Notes under the pieces: generated by a model | What the model was told of the DNA's origin: nothing | The model's input: only the letters and a program-made list of their open reading frames with translations | Databases searched by the model: none | Program-made: the position numbers and the translations under genes | From: Lama glama | Lineage: Eukaryota | Length of the DNA: 64,000 bases | Assembly (NCBI GenBank): GCA_028534125.1 | Contig: CM052818.1 | Span: 48,114,001 to 48,178,000, forward strand | Reading direction: 5' to 3' | Part shown: positions 12,576 to 25,785 of the stretch, one piece after another | How positions within the stretch are numbered: the first letter of the stretch is position 1 | Layout of the letters: the number at the start of each line of letters is the position of its first letter

Positions 12576-13361
12576 TTCTCTACTGAATTTTTGTGTTTTC
12601 ATCATTCTTTCTTGCTCTCTCCTCTCCGTCGCCTTCTCCTTTTATTTTTAGGTGTTACTGCTCCATTCTTCCATCTACCATTCTCTTTGCGCCCTCCCAG
12701 AGCCCTCAAATCTGTTCATTAAACACTTGCCTTAATAGATTACTTCTCTACCTGCTGTTCTAATTTACTTGCCTGATGTTAGAAAGAGTCTGAGTTTACA
12801 GCAAGAGTCTTCTTTCACTAGGATGTCGTGTTTGAAATGGAAGAGAAATCTAATTGTGGAAATGGTCTACGGCATCACTTTTCTACACCGGATACCAGGG
12901 ATGTTTGCGACCACGGCAGTCTCAGGTTTAAAGGCCTTAAAGGGTGACTATTCCCTTTCACAGAGGAGGAAACTGAGGGCAAGAGAGACACACACATCCT
13001 TCTGAGATGCTCTTGGCATGCCCTGTGCCACGGTGCATTGTAGGGAATTCTCAGGGGTCCTTAAGCCCTGTTGAAGTAACCGCTTCCATGCTAGATTGGC
13101 ACCTCCGTGGGACGCGACCCAGGCGTGGAGGCACGAGCCCTCTCTCTTCCTGGATTCCACACACCTCCTGAGGATTCTGCCAGGATCTTTAATCTCAGCT
13201 TTGTGAATATTTTCTCTTTCTTCTCAGCATGTCTTTTAAAAGGTGTTTTTCCCTATCCACTTAAATCCTTCTTGTCCACATCTCCGTCCAACCCAGGACT
13301 AGGGCTTTGAAATTTTAAAGCCAATGTTGACTCCTCTCTGTCTTGGAAATTCTGCTGTGAT

Positions 13362-13772
13362 TTGTCATGAGTTGAATGGTGTCCTTTCCCCAAAACTCAC
13401 CTGTTGAAGTTCTCACCCCTAGTGCCTCAGAAGATGATTTTATTTGGAGATAGAATCTCTGCAGATGTAGTAAGTTAAAGTGAGGCCCCTGGAAAGGGCC
13501 CTGGTCCAATATGAGCGGTGTCCCTACAAGGAGAAGAGTTTTGGAGACATGTACATGAGGGAAAGACGATGTGGAAACACAGGGAGAGGATGGTCATTCA
13601 TCAGCCTCGGAGAGAGCCTGGGGTGCGTGCTCCCTCGCCGCCTCGGGAGGAACCAGCCCTGCCGACGCCTTGATCTTGGACGTCCAGCCTCCAGGTCTGG
13701 GAGACGATACATTTCTGCTGTTTAAGCCATCATGTCTGTGGTGCTTTGTAATGGAAGCCCATGAGGACTGAT
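13362..13772 (+). mobile_element. MLT1B-like MaLR solo LTR
   Basis: tgtcatgagttgaatggtgtcc...ttatttggagatagaatctctgcagatgta...gaggaaccagccctgccgacgccttgatcttggacgtccagcctccag...gtggtgctttgtaatggaagcc. Confidence 0.85.
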
Positions 13773-14714
13773 CTGCTTATCTTCCTGCTGCATTAAGTGC
13801 ACAGGGCAGGGGACAGCTGGACAGTGGAAGACCCCAGTTCCCGCTTTAGGTTAAGCTCTCACCCCATGTACAGAGGGTTGAAGCTGAAGTGGGGAATCCT
13901 AAAATCTGTCCCCTTGGCCTCCACTGCCATCCTCTTAGTGTGCCGGCCATTTGAGGGGACTTCGTGAATCTTCAGTGTCCATTAGAGCATAATTAGTGCG
14001 GGGGAAGCACTGCCTTTTACAAATGAGGTCTACAGAGGTTGCTATGTGTCCATAAGACCTGTGTTTAAAGGAAATGTAGTTGGTTTGTGCTTGAAGAGGT
14101 TGTGTCTGTCCGCTGACCTTTCTTTTTAAATAACTGTGCTTATCGGCAGGAAAGAGAGTTGGCAAAGACAGCCAAAGGCATGCTGAGCAGAGAAGGGAAA
14201 AATGCAACTTTATAAAGGTCAGCAACGGAGTAAAAGACTTGATTGAGCGGAACTTCCATTTCTAGGTCTGTATTTCACACGAATGGAGATACCGGCTGGA
14301 TTCTGAAAGTCACGTGAAAATCAGCAAACATTCTCTGATGCCCACTAGCTGCTGCTACCGCAGTAAATCCTGTAGTGGCAAGAAAGGAGACTTACCCCAT
14401 AGTTCCTTGTCTTCCGGCACTTCCTCTGGTCAGTTTTGAAATGGTGGAAATACATATAATATATACACTGGACAAAAGTGATGGCAGGAGGGTCGTCAGT
14501 GTTGATGACCAAACACCACATGCGTGATCTTATTGTAGTCCTAAAACTAACCGTCAGAGGGACATATCCATTGTCAGAACAGGGGCGGGGACCCTGGGAC
14601 TCAGAGGGCAGCAGTGCAGTGATGATGTCGTCGAGTGAGGGAGTGGCCACGCTGGACGGAGCGTGGGTTCTAGACCCCAGACTGAGAGGCGGCTCCCGCC
14701 CCCCTCAGCTCAGG

Positions 14715-14873
14715 CAGGGGCAGCTTCCGGGGTGTGACCTGCACAGAGCCCTGGGCTCAGAAATGCCCTGTCGGATTTAATGCTCTGTTTTGTCTTGAAA
14801 GTTCTAATATTTTTGAACAAGGGATTGCCTTTGCACTTTACATGCGGCACGACTAATTGTTTATCCCGTCCTG
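14715..14873. mobile_element. MER53 non-autonomous hAT DNA transposon
   Basis: cagggg...tttaatgctctg...tcttgaaagttctaatatttttgaacaaggg...ccgtcctg matches recalled MER53. Confidence 0.75.
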
Positions 14874-15349
14874 GGTGCAGGCAGTCATTTTTTTGTGTTG
14901 AAGTTAGGCAAATGGCATAAATCTTTCTGCCACAATTTTAGTTTTATGATTCACTTTGAAATGGCTCAAATCTATAAGTGATTATTGCAATATGATGGGA
15001 TCACTGGGAGATTCCACAGTGAAGTTTCACTTACGCATCCCTCTGTAGCCGGCAAATCCTTAGCTTCCTTCAAGAGAAGCAGCGATGATGTATGTATTCT
15101 TTAACCATGATGTATGGACCTGAGGACTCTTAGAAACAATAAAACCCAGGACTTTAATGTTCCTTTGAGGCATATCGACACTTTATCAAGCATTTAAAGT
15201 TGAGAAAATAAACAATGTTCTGCTGAAAGTTTGTATCAAAGAGATCACTTTTGATTAAAAACTAAAATAAAGCATATTTAATTTTTCTGTATTTGGTAAT
15301 AAAGAGAAAGATTGATTTTTATACAAAGGCAGGGAAATTTAGAAGAAAA

Positions 15350-15520
15350 AAGTAGAATCTTTGGGTCCAATAGACCTGGATTCAAATCTGATCTCAGGGA
15401 TTTATCAGCTCATCACTAAGACTCTCTAACTTCATTTTCTAACCTGTAGAAGGAAATAATTAAACTTTTTGCAGAAACATTTTGCACATTAGAAGATACA
15501 TGGCTGCAAAATCCCTCTGA
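15350..15520 (+). mobile_element. MIR SINE
   Basis: tagacctggattcaaatctg...ttcattttctaacctgtagaaggaaataat. Confidence 0.6.
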
Positions 15521-16375
15521 AATTAACTGACATGCTATCTATTTCAAAATTATTGTTTCTCTCTTTTTTTTTCTCTTATGGAACCATTTGTTCAAACATT
15601 TAGTGATGGCATAACTACGGATAAGAATGTTTCATACAAAGGATTAATTATAAAACTTTTAAGAAAGAAGTTGCAGTCATGATGATACCTGATATATGCA
15701 TTCTTAGATGGTGCACTTTAGAAAGAATAAAAAAAAAATTAGGTAGAAACTTGTGACTGGGCTACCACGAGCAAAAATAATCTGAGACCTACCTCAACTC
15801 AGGAGCTCTCTGCTCGTTAAAGACGTGAGAATTACCAAAATAATGAAAAATGTACCCCAAAGAATGATTAAATAGTTTATTGGTCAACATAGTGACTGTG
15901 CGAGACCATGGATTGCGTTTCCTGGTCTTCTTGGATGGAAAGCTTCACCTGGCCCTGGGAGGTTCTTTCGATCATTGGCTGATGTGTCCCAAGTTTACTA
16001 TCATCATAATTTAGTGAATGATGCTGTAAAGCTAGACAAAGACCAGGACCTGTTTTCATTTTTCTACAAATGACCAGGTCTGACTCAGAGTTACTTCTCA
16101 GAGTATCTCACCTGTCTGGTCACCCACTTGGAAAAACAATTAATTAACAAATAAAGAGATAAAATATATAATGGGATAGTCAAAGGAAAATTCCTCGTAA
16201 GAACTGAGGCCCCCTGAGACCATCCTGTGATGAGTCCGTCTCTCCACAGACAGCAGAACCTGGCTCTATGTCTTTGGGTGTTTGTCTCTTCCCAGGAGAC
16301 AGGCTGTGTCTTTAGCAGAGAAAGAGGACGGGTGGTGGCCACTAATTCCCTGCATGATGCTACTTTTTTTTTTTA

Positions 16376-16667
16376 AAAAAAAAGTTTTGGTTTGTGAGTC
16401 TCTTTCTGTTTTGTAAATAAGTTCATTTGATTGTTTTTTTTCAGACTCCACATATAAGTTATATGATATTTGTCTTAGCAGATACAGACTACTCTATGCA
16501 AAGTAGGTAAATAACGAGTCCCCACTGTAGAGCACATTCAGCATCTTGTACTAAAATCTATAATGAGGAGGAGCACACATGAATATATAACTGAATCCCT
16601 ATGCTGTGCTCTGGAAACTAACACAACACTGTAAATCAACTACACTTCAATACAAGAAAAAAAAGTT
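16376..16667 (+). mobile_element. Short L1 3' insertion with 5' inversion
   Basis: About 16387-16475 is antisense L1 3' sequence and 16476-16656 is the sense L1 3' UTR end; direct repeat AAAAAAAAGTT at 16376-16386 and 16657-16667; T-tract directly upstream (TTTT/AA endonuclease site). Confidence 0.85.
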
Positions 16668-19189
16668 GGCTCGCTTTAAGAGAATGGAGTGAAGGAAACA
16701 AAAAAGAAAGAATTGCTTACTTCTTCCCATTTTGGGGTAAGATCACTGCACTCCCCTCTCAGGGAGCACTTGTGACTTCCTGACGTCGGTTGAGTTCTGC
16801 TGATCAGCTGGCATCTCAATCCTGCATCTGTCCTGCGGTGTCTCGGCTCCATCCCCTCCGGTCACGTCCTCCCACGGCAGGTCCTCCCATTGCAGGGTGT
16901 GGCTGCCCTCATTCCTCCACCACTGGGACCGGCGCGCCCACTTGAGCTGTAGCAGGGCTCGCTGACGCACTCGGCCTTATTCACGGAGACCTGAGGCAGT
17001 CCATCCAGCCGCTCTGAGATCTCTCTCCTTTTAGAGCTCACGCGCCGCGCCCGGCTTCTGCTTGCCTTGCCAAGCTGTCCTGTCCTGAGGTCCAGGAGGG
17101 CCTGCACAGGGGCCAGGGATGCCAGGAGAGACAGCTGACCCAGGTCAAGGGTGGGGAGTTTTCCAAAGAACAGCGATTGGGCTCCAGATGGGCAAAGTGA
17201 CTTCTCCCAGAATAAAGTGACACTTTTTTCTCACTAATCACCCAGGTTTCCAACTAAGGAGGCTGGAATGACTCGAAGTATTTTAAAAATCACTTTTGCA
17301 GCCTTCAGACCATCCCCAGACCCAGTCAACACAGAGCCTTCAGATACAGACATCGTATTTATTCCCATGACAACCTTACGCTACTGAGGGTCAGGAAACG
17401 AAATGATTTTCCCCAGATTACACTAATGAGTGCTGGCAGTATGATTTAATCTGATTCCAAAAGCCTCTTCTCTTTTTTTTCCCTTTTGCTGTAAACTATT
17501 GTAGCTTTTCTTCTCAAAGCTGCGTGCTCTTGGGCAAATTTAACTTTTTTATGCCTTAACTCAATAGCTGACCCCCAAGGAAGTATCCAGCTCCCGCCTA
17601 ACAACCGCCTGTAGACGTTGTCATGAGCTCAACCAAGTGCAAATGGAAATCTCAGGTCTCAAAGGCAGTAAAGGCTTCTTGTCTTTCAAATACAAAGTGT
17701 GTGTTTGCAAAGGAAAGAAGCACTTCTGAAAGACTTAGGTGGCAGGGAAGGTAGACGTGGTGGTCCCCCATTCCCAGCTCTCACCTCCGGCAACTTAAAG
17801 TTGATTGCGTTTTCCTTTTCTTGGCTTGTTTGTTTATTTGTTTGAACTTGACTCTCCTTTTCTCTTGACTTCTTGAAAAGTCCCAGATGGAATGACAAAG
17901 CTCTCAGGACTCTGCCCAGCCACCGGGCTTGCTAAAACCACCAGGACAAAAAAAGCTGTTCAAATTCCTGCTCTGAAAGCACGGCCATCTGGTGTACCTG
18001 CTCTCTCACCTTCCGCGTGGCTGTAGATAAGACCGGATAGGGTTCCGTTCCTATTACTCAGGCTGAGCCTCAGAGGGAACCTGAGACTTCAGCAGCTCAG
18101 CAGAGCTTTACTATGACATGAAGATTTAACTCTGCCACGGCCAGTGCCTGTGCCTTCATTCCTCCCGCCCTGTTTCTGAGGGTGGTTTGTCAGCCACCTT
18201 AAGCATCGTGGAGAAGTGTGCTCTCCAGAGGTTTCCTTGAGGGGACGTTTGCAGTAGTTCTTTTGTCCCTAAAGAGGAAAAGAAAGTGAATCAGCTTGAG
18301 AATCGAAGGAGAGAGTGGGGAAGACTGGGAGTTCCTGCTCTAACTCTCCAACTCACATTTTAGAAGGTACGGCTGATGGAATGCGAGTGATGGAATGTGT
18401 CAGCTCTCAGGACGGGAAGGATTCATATTTGCAGTCGGTCTGTTTACGCTGTATCGCATGTGGTAGCGCAGGATATCAGAGGAAGAAGGTCTGCAGGGCT
18501 GCCACCATTTTAAATGGAAAATGTCTCTTCTCCTCATGCGTGGCATTCTAATGCGGCACGGGTGGAAACCCATGCTTCCCTGTTTTACTGTTTCTGTACA
18601 TTACACAGGCAATAAATACTGGCCCAACCAAGCTGTAATTTCTAAGGTTCCCTATAACCTGTTTTACCAGTATCAGCTGCCACAGGTTATGAATCCCCCA
18701 GATCCCCTAGAGAAAGCTGCCCAGCTTCCCAGGTTTTATAGACCATTTCAAGGGGACCTCACAAACCAAACGGATGGAACGCAGGGTCCGGATTGTTAAC
18801 ATCCACGCAGTTAAAGCTGCATTTGCTTGTTAAGGTTTGCACATTTCAGTTTTGCATTGGGTAGACTGTTTCCCCCTTTCAACTCATATTTATTCACTTA
18901 CTCTTTCTGAAAATTAGTTTTCGGTTCTCTGGAGACCTCTTTTTATTGTCAAGGGTGGGCCCACACCTCGTGTGAGAGCCAGGGGAAAGAACTGTTTTGC
19001 CATGAGTCGTTGTTCTGCCCCAGAATTCAGAGAAGGTCCTGTGGGCTCTGAACACCAGAGAACTGGGCTCCTGCGGAGAAAGGTAAAGAGATTGCTTCCA
19101 GGGGTTTAATGCAATCCCTCGGCAGAGAAGAGATAAACAAAAGGATTGAATACATGCAAATGTGACCCAGCTCCCTGTCCCAGAGGCGA

Positions 19190-19400
19190 ACATTTGTTGA
19201 GTGCCTATCATGAGAAAGGTGTTAGGGATTTTAGAAGGCTCCTCTGTCTAAATCACAGCACACCACAAACTGGGTGTCACAATTTTCACTTTACAGGTAA
19301 AGAAACTGGGTTTTGGAACTGCTAAGGATCTTCAGGTCATAGAGCTAGGATCAGTGCAGGGCCGGAAGTTGATGTAAGAGATGTTCTATACCCAAGTCCG
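19190..19400 (-). mobile_element. MIR SINE
   Basis: cactttacaggtaaagaaactggg...aggtcatagagctagg antisense MIR core. Confidence 0.6.
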
Positions 19401-20229
19401 TGTTTCTTCTCTTTTTTGTTTTTTTATTCATTGATGCCCGATCTATTCTGGTTTTGACAACTGGATAAGCGTTGGTATGGCCACCAAAGTCCATCTTCAC
19501 ACATTTAAGTCCTGTGTCTTTGTTGGCCACACAGTTGTGTTGGTCCAGTGAGCTGCATTCCTTGATACAGACTGGTGGATCGTAGACTTTGACTTCCTTG
19601 AAGACAAAGTCCTCAGCTTAGTTTCCAGGGGGCTCCTAGCTTGTACACGAGAAGGACTTGCTTACTCCTTATGAAATGAATGGTTTCAGATAGGTGCGTG
19701 ACTGCCACAGATCTTCATTTAGTAAAATTGTCCTTTTCTAAATATCACAATGACGAGAATAATTTAAAATGAAAAGCCCTTCTAAAAATACGCTTCTAAA
19801 TCCCCAAATGTGGCAATGGCTTCTCTTTTCCCAGGTGATGAAAGTCAGTCCTCCATGCACGTGGCCTGTCCCAAGCCAGCCTTCGATCCCGTCTTCACCG
19901 GAGCTCCAATCCTGTTATTTGATGAAGACTCTCTGCTTGACCAGAGTGGATTCAGGCTGTTCTCAGCCTTCTCCCCAGCTCAGCCTGGCCCTGAGCCATC
20001 CTCACGTCTAAGCCCTCGGCCAGTGCAGCAAGAACCCCTTCCTGAGCCGTCCCCTCTTGGTGGTTTTCCGTCCCCTGACCCCCTCGCCCGCGGCTCGGCT
20101 CCGATCCCCAGCTGCCTTTGCCGTGTGTGTCCGGGGCTGAATCTGACGCAACAGTCTGGAATAAAGTCTCCCTTACCACCTTCGCAGGTGTCAGGGCAGT
20201 TTTTCTTTATCACGCTTTCTCAGCAAATA

Positions 20230-20622
20230 CCCCTTTTCAAACACTACCAAAATATATTTAGTTTGTGAATAAGCCACACTGCATCCTTCCCCATTTCTGT
20301 ATCTTTGAACACATGATTGCTTTTGAAATGCTCCTTCCTTCTTTCTGAAGTAGGAGACCCCTCGCACACCATTTAAGATGCAGCTCAAACGTCGCCTCCT
20401 TTCACTCCCGGGGGCTTTGAATTTCCCTTTATTAGGCTCCTTGTTACGCTGTGTTTGAGTTGCCACCGCCTTGTCGGTCTCTCCTTCTTCACTGTGAGCT
20501 CCTTGAGCGTGGTCTCCATTCCTTATCAACCTTGGTTAAACATCTTTCCCTTTCTTCCCAGTCCTGCCCTGAACGGGACCTGCTTCTAATAAGGCCTTAA
20601 GGAATACTGACGGTATGAATGA
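20230..20622 (+). mobile_element. L2 LINE 3' remnant
   Basis: tttaagatgcagctcaaacgtcgcctcct...ctgtgagctccttgag...tgaatga. Confidence 0.55.
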
Positions 20623-23600
20623 TTGCAGCGTGTCAGAGACATTCATTTCAAAGCAACTGGACTTCCCTTTTCTTTCAAGTAATTCTATGAGATTTCCACT
20701 GGGCAACATTTAGTGCCTGAATTAGAAGCAAAATTGTCTTTTGGGTTTTTTTCCCTTAAAAAGAACAATCCGTAAGACCTGTCACCAGTGCACCCTGGCC
20801 TTTCCAAATGCTTCTCCTTCTTTCTTTCTTCTTTTTTTTTTTTTTTCAGTTTTTAGAACGTGCTCCTCTGGGTCACACTGCAATAAGGATTCCTGTTTTT
20901 CTGTGCATGCTAAACTTAAGTTATCTATTTTCTCTGGACCCTAAATGGCAGATCTGGACAGTCTCTTCTCAGCTTCATAACAGTTTTTTTTCTCCTTTTT
21001 ATTTTGTGACAGAGGAGGTCCCATAGAGTTGGTGAAAAAATTCTTTGGTGGACCCTGTTTAACGACTTCCCCAAAGACGTGTTCTTGCTTACTGTGTGCG
21101 GAAGACTAATGACATCATATCAAATGCCTGTCTCTGCAGTGACTCCTTACAACGCATTAGAATTGACTCCTGTTCTCTTGGTGTTGTCTTGCAGATAAAT
21201 ACTAAGACGTCCATTCATTTCAGATTCCACAGGAAAAAAACAAACAAAAAAACCCTCTTCACAACCATTTAAACACACTCTGTACCAGCTGCTTCGCTAA
21301 CTTACCTCTCAGTGGGCTCAGCAAACCCAGCAGGTGTGATTGCTGTTAAACTCCTGCCTCCCACCTGAGTTAATCAGCTGGGGGACTTGGCCCCACGTCC
21401 AGTGCGGCCGGAAGGGCACCCAGGGGTTCCCAACAGGACGGCGTGGCTCCAGCCCAGACCCGTCCATGGCACTGCGTGTCCCCTCCCTGAGCCAGCGGGC
21501 TCGTTGTATTCCTTACAACTTTGCATACCTTCAGCGCTCCTCTAAACTGTTCAGCTAATAATATATTTTTACATAGTCTTGTTTCAATTCACAAAGTAGA
21601 AAAACACATTTTGGGTTTCATTTCGAGCTAATTTAATGAGTAGACATCATTAGTTTGGGCCCATGGTTGGGTTTACATTAAATGCACATTGAGCAGCTCA
21701 TATGGAGGTCTTCACAGCCTGGTTGGGAACATGAGGCGTGCCCAAGGGCGGACAGAGCTGGGATCACAGCCACAGACACGCACAGGGTTCTGATTTTGGA
21801 TGGAAGGAAGAAACGTGGTGATGGGCCTTGAAGTCAGGCCACCGTGGGTCCCAGTGGCACCGCCTGGCTCACCACGCAGACTCGATCCAGCTGTCAGACT
21901 CTCAGAGCCCAGCCTCCTGCTCTCGGACCAACAGCAACAACCCTGTGGGGTCGTTTTGAAGAAATCATGAGAAGGTCCGAGCACAGCACCGATTCTCCTT
22001 ATAGCTTTTTCCTTTGGCCATTCATTAGCTTTACAAACTTTTGGGATGTTGCTTAACTTCTCCGGGACTGGCTTTCTTCTTGTCAAATGGCAATATTAAA
22101 TACCTGTTTTGTCTACACTTAGAGGTTTTTATAAGGGTCGAATGAGATAATAGGGCTTGAAAGCATTTGGAAAATATCCAAAGGGAAGCTTCTATGATTA
22201 ACGACCCTGATGGCCATTCCGATGACATCAGCGGGGGACGCTGGGCAAAACAGACTTGCCAGTGCTTAACTCCAGGCATGGCGGTGACTACAGCAGTGAG
22301 TACATATCAAGTCTTTTTTTCTTTATGTTTTCAATATAGATATAAGAAACTTGTAGATTTTTTTTAACCTCAAAAGTTTTAACTTTAAATAAGCTTTTTT
22401 TTTTTAATCTGTTATATAAGATGGCCCTTTTCCTCTCACTTTGCTATATACAATTTTGATGATTAAATTACACAAACCTTACTTTTTAAAGCTGTTTTAT
22501 TATTTTGTATTAAACTGGACATATGTTTATGTATCTCTCACCTGCTGAGAATGTCAGCATCTACTTTGTTTTGACATTTAACATAAAGAGAAATCTGATT
22601 TATTTTTCAGCACGGTTTAGGCTTAAATGAAGTTATCTTTCCTTCATTTATGTGCAAATGTCTACCTCCCTGTAAGATTTTCCCAACATCTCAGAGTGTT
22701 CTCATGGAATCACAAACTAAACAAACTAATAGGGCATTTTAAGGTTTGAGCACGGAGTTCCCTGTTCAAAGGAGCTGGAGGAATTCATGGATTAAAAGGA
22801 AACAATTCCCTGAAGACTTTACCCCTATCGGGTGTTGGATTGTGGTTGTGGCAGAAAAACCAAGTTGAAAGCAGCGTGTGGGTAGAGGAAAGAAAAAAAA
22901 AAAAACAAACAAAAAAATCCAGAAATACCTAATTATGCGATCTGCCTAAATGTAACCAGGTAGAAGAGAGATGCCACATGCAGGACACCTCTCCACGCTC
23001 AGCAGTGTCACCTCTCACAAAACACGCATAAATAAGTGGGTAAAAATGCTGCAAGTCAAACCCTAGGAATTTAGGAAGTGTTTGACTTTTTTTCTTTCAT
23101 TTGAAAATGATCCTGCCATCTCTTAAAATTTCTAAGCAACGCCTACGTAGTATATACATGCTCTTTAATTCATGGTCTCTGAGTAGACCCGGCCCCACCA
23201 GGCCTTCCTCTCGGGGCCTGGAGAGCATGTGTTTTCCCGCTGAGAGCCCCTCCAAGCTCGGTGGTGTGGCCTTTTCAAATTGAACTTGAACCACTTGGTA
23301 TGCAAGTTCTTTTGGTCCTGGCCAAACATGACTTCCTGTTTCTGAGAAGAAGGGCTTAAAGAGTCTCATAAAAAGACTCAAAGGGCTTCTTGGATATCAA
23401 AGGGTCCTTACAAAACATTGTTTGACGAGTTAAGTGTATGGAATAAGAAACACACGGAATTCATTTCCTTCAAAATGCACATGGGATTAAGAATTATGGA
23501 GAAAAGGGCTTAGGAAAATACATTTGAGTTTTTATCAAACTTAACTTAAAATGTGTAAAACATAACTTGAGTTGCATTAAATATATAAATCATGGCTAAA

Positions 23601-24339
23601 ATTATCTCTTAAAATGTGCAACTGTTTATACACAAATACACTCATAGAGAAGATGAACCTATAAAATAAAGTGATAGATTTTTTAAGGTTCATAATAGAA
23701 ATTTTACATCCAAATGAATCTTTGTTTCAAAACAGACAGCTTGCAAAGCGCTTACACAATGCAACATTCCCGCACCCCTCTGCCTCCCACCCCAGCACCG
23801 CCACCTACAAAGCAACATGCCTTCTTTGTTGCAAAGTTGTCTTCAGAGTTTGGAAAACATGGTTTTGAATAGTTTCAGCCTTCATTTTATGGCTATATTT
23901 GGGGAAAAAACACACACATTTCACTTAACATCAAGTCTCCTGTATAAATTAAGTGATAAATTTGGGAATTCTAATTTAGGCTTAAGAAAATCAGATGTGA
24001 TTTCATTGTGGGTCTCTTAACTGGTTCTCTGACAGTCACAACACAGGAGATCCAAAAGCATTTAGAGCCATGGAATCATTCTTAGAAGAAACAATCAGAC
24101 TTATCAGATGATTACTCCAAAGGATGATATCCATTTACATGGTTATATTTTGTGACATCTGGTCAAAACACATCCTCTTACTTTATAATGACTGTGTGTT
24201 TTGATGTGTGTGCATATGTGTTAGCATAAAAAATAAGACAGAAAACACTGAAGCACTGACAAGGGGGAACCCTCCAGGTGGTAGGATTATGGGTAATTTT
24301 TCTTTTTCGTACTTATCAGTGATCAACTTATTTTGATTG

Positions 24340-24460
24340 TTATTTTGGGAAAGGTAATTAGGTTTATTTATTTATTTATCATTAGCGGAGTTACTGGGAA
24401 TTGAACCCAGGACTTTGTGCATGCTAAGCATGCACTCTACCACTTGAACTATACCCTCCC
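24340..24460 (-). mobile_element. tRNA-derived SINE, Vic-1-like (camelid)
   Basis: Reverse complement reads gggagggtatagttcaagtggtagagtgcatgcttagcatgcacaaagtcctgggttcaattcccagt...aataaataaacctaattacc, with A and B boxes. Confidence 0.85.
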
Positions 24461-24499
24461 TCCATCAATGCTATCATAACTGTCTGTTATTAGCACCCA

Positions 24500-24539
24500 C
24501 TGTCATGCTGGTAAGTGTTTTACAGCTGACTCTCAAATA

Positions 24540-24571
<32 letters not shown>

Positions 24572-24758
24572 AAAAGGAGAAAAAAGAAAAAAAGCAAACC
24601 TTGATCTCTGATCTGTAGTGTTTGACAATTTCCATGGTGTCAATACACCCATTGTGGCTTATTTTGTGTCCAACTCAACAACAGTGAACACATCTTTGGG
24701 AAGGTTGTCCCTAATTGCCTCTTGTAAGTCTATGCAAATCATCTCCAGCAAACCACTG
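24500..24758. mobile_element. MER63-like hAT-Blackjack element containing a (GAAA)n tract
   Basis: tgctggtaagtgttttacagctgactct...tgatctgtagtgtttgacaatttccatggtgtcaatac...ccagcaaaccactg. Confidence 0.7.
24538..24594 (+). repeat. (GAAA)n microsatellite
   Basis: About 8 perfect GAAA units followed by an A-rich tail. Confidence 0.95.
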
Positions 24759-24979
24759 GAGTGCCTGTTCCTTTCATAAGCCAGAGGTTATTTTGCATTA
24801 AAAGAAAAGGAGAATATAAGACATACATAAAATGCGACTCTATGTTTTTTTTTTAACATATATATGCTTTTAAATAGAGAAATGATTAACTAAGTTGTTA
24901 AAAATGGTTATTTCTGTTTCATGGTATTAAAATAGACAAATACATATGGCACTTGTCATCTTAAAATTAGCCTCATAAT

Positions 24980-25111
24980 TTGGATGGCCATATAATTTAT
25001 TGTCTAAACTCTGAGAACATTAAGAGCGAAAAAAGAGATTATTATTAGTTTTGCAGGGAAACAGACATAACTGAAACTCTCCCTAGAAAACCAGAAAGTA
25101 TGGCCATCCAA
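24980..25111. mobile_element. MER94/MER81-like MITE (hAT-Blackjack)
   Basis: Perfect 13-bp terminal inverted repeats TTGGATGGCCATA (24980-24992) and TATGGCCATCCAA (25099-25111). Confidence 0.75.
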
Positions 25112-25785
25112 CTTACTCTAGGTACTTTTGAGAAATCCTCACCATGACGCAGACCCAGACCCTTAGGCTAGTATTGAGGGAAGTGTCATGCATTGAATCT
25201 TTATCTTGTTATTTCTGGTCTGTTCAATGTGCATTCAGCTCCTAGTATGTGATAAGCCCTGTGATATTGGTGGGAATAAAGAGCCTGAATCCGTATAATG
25301 CAGCACAATTTGGTAAGTAAAGTAATAGGTATTTTGTAAGACACGGAAGATTGTCGGGAACCTTGAGACTTCAGAATGAAAACTAAGGCACGGTCTCACG
25401 TTCAATGACGTATGTGGGCAAAGGGAGTTGGGGTCCCCACCAAACTATTTCTGCTTTTCCTTGAGATAAGTGGTTACCTCTCCATATTTAGTAAGAAGAA
25501 AGAAAACATCCTGGATTCCGAGGCTGAAACTTCACTTCCACTTATGTTTTGAATCTGGAAAAAGAGAACCACTTCTGTTCAGTCTATAGAAAATCTACAT
25601 AAATCCTATACATTATTCCAGGATAGGGTTGACTCATTATTTAAAGACTAACTCAATTCTCATGACCTTCCTGAGCCTTTACTGATGCACGTTGGTCAAA
25701 ATAATCCCTCTCTAATGGGTCTGATGGTGTTTGTGGTTGGTGCTATCCTATAGCCGTATCCCTGTTGGAGATGTACTGTCCTTTA

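Noticed and set aside
19810..20268. 152-aa proline-rich ORF
   Set aside because: C-rich compositional ORF with several overlapping open frames and no recognisable homology
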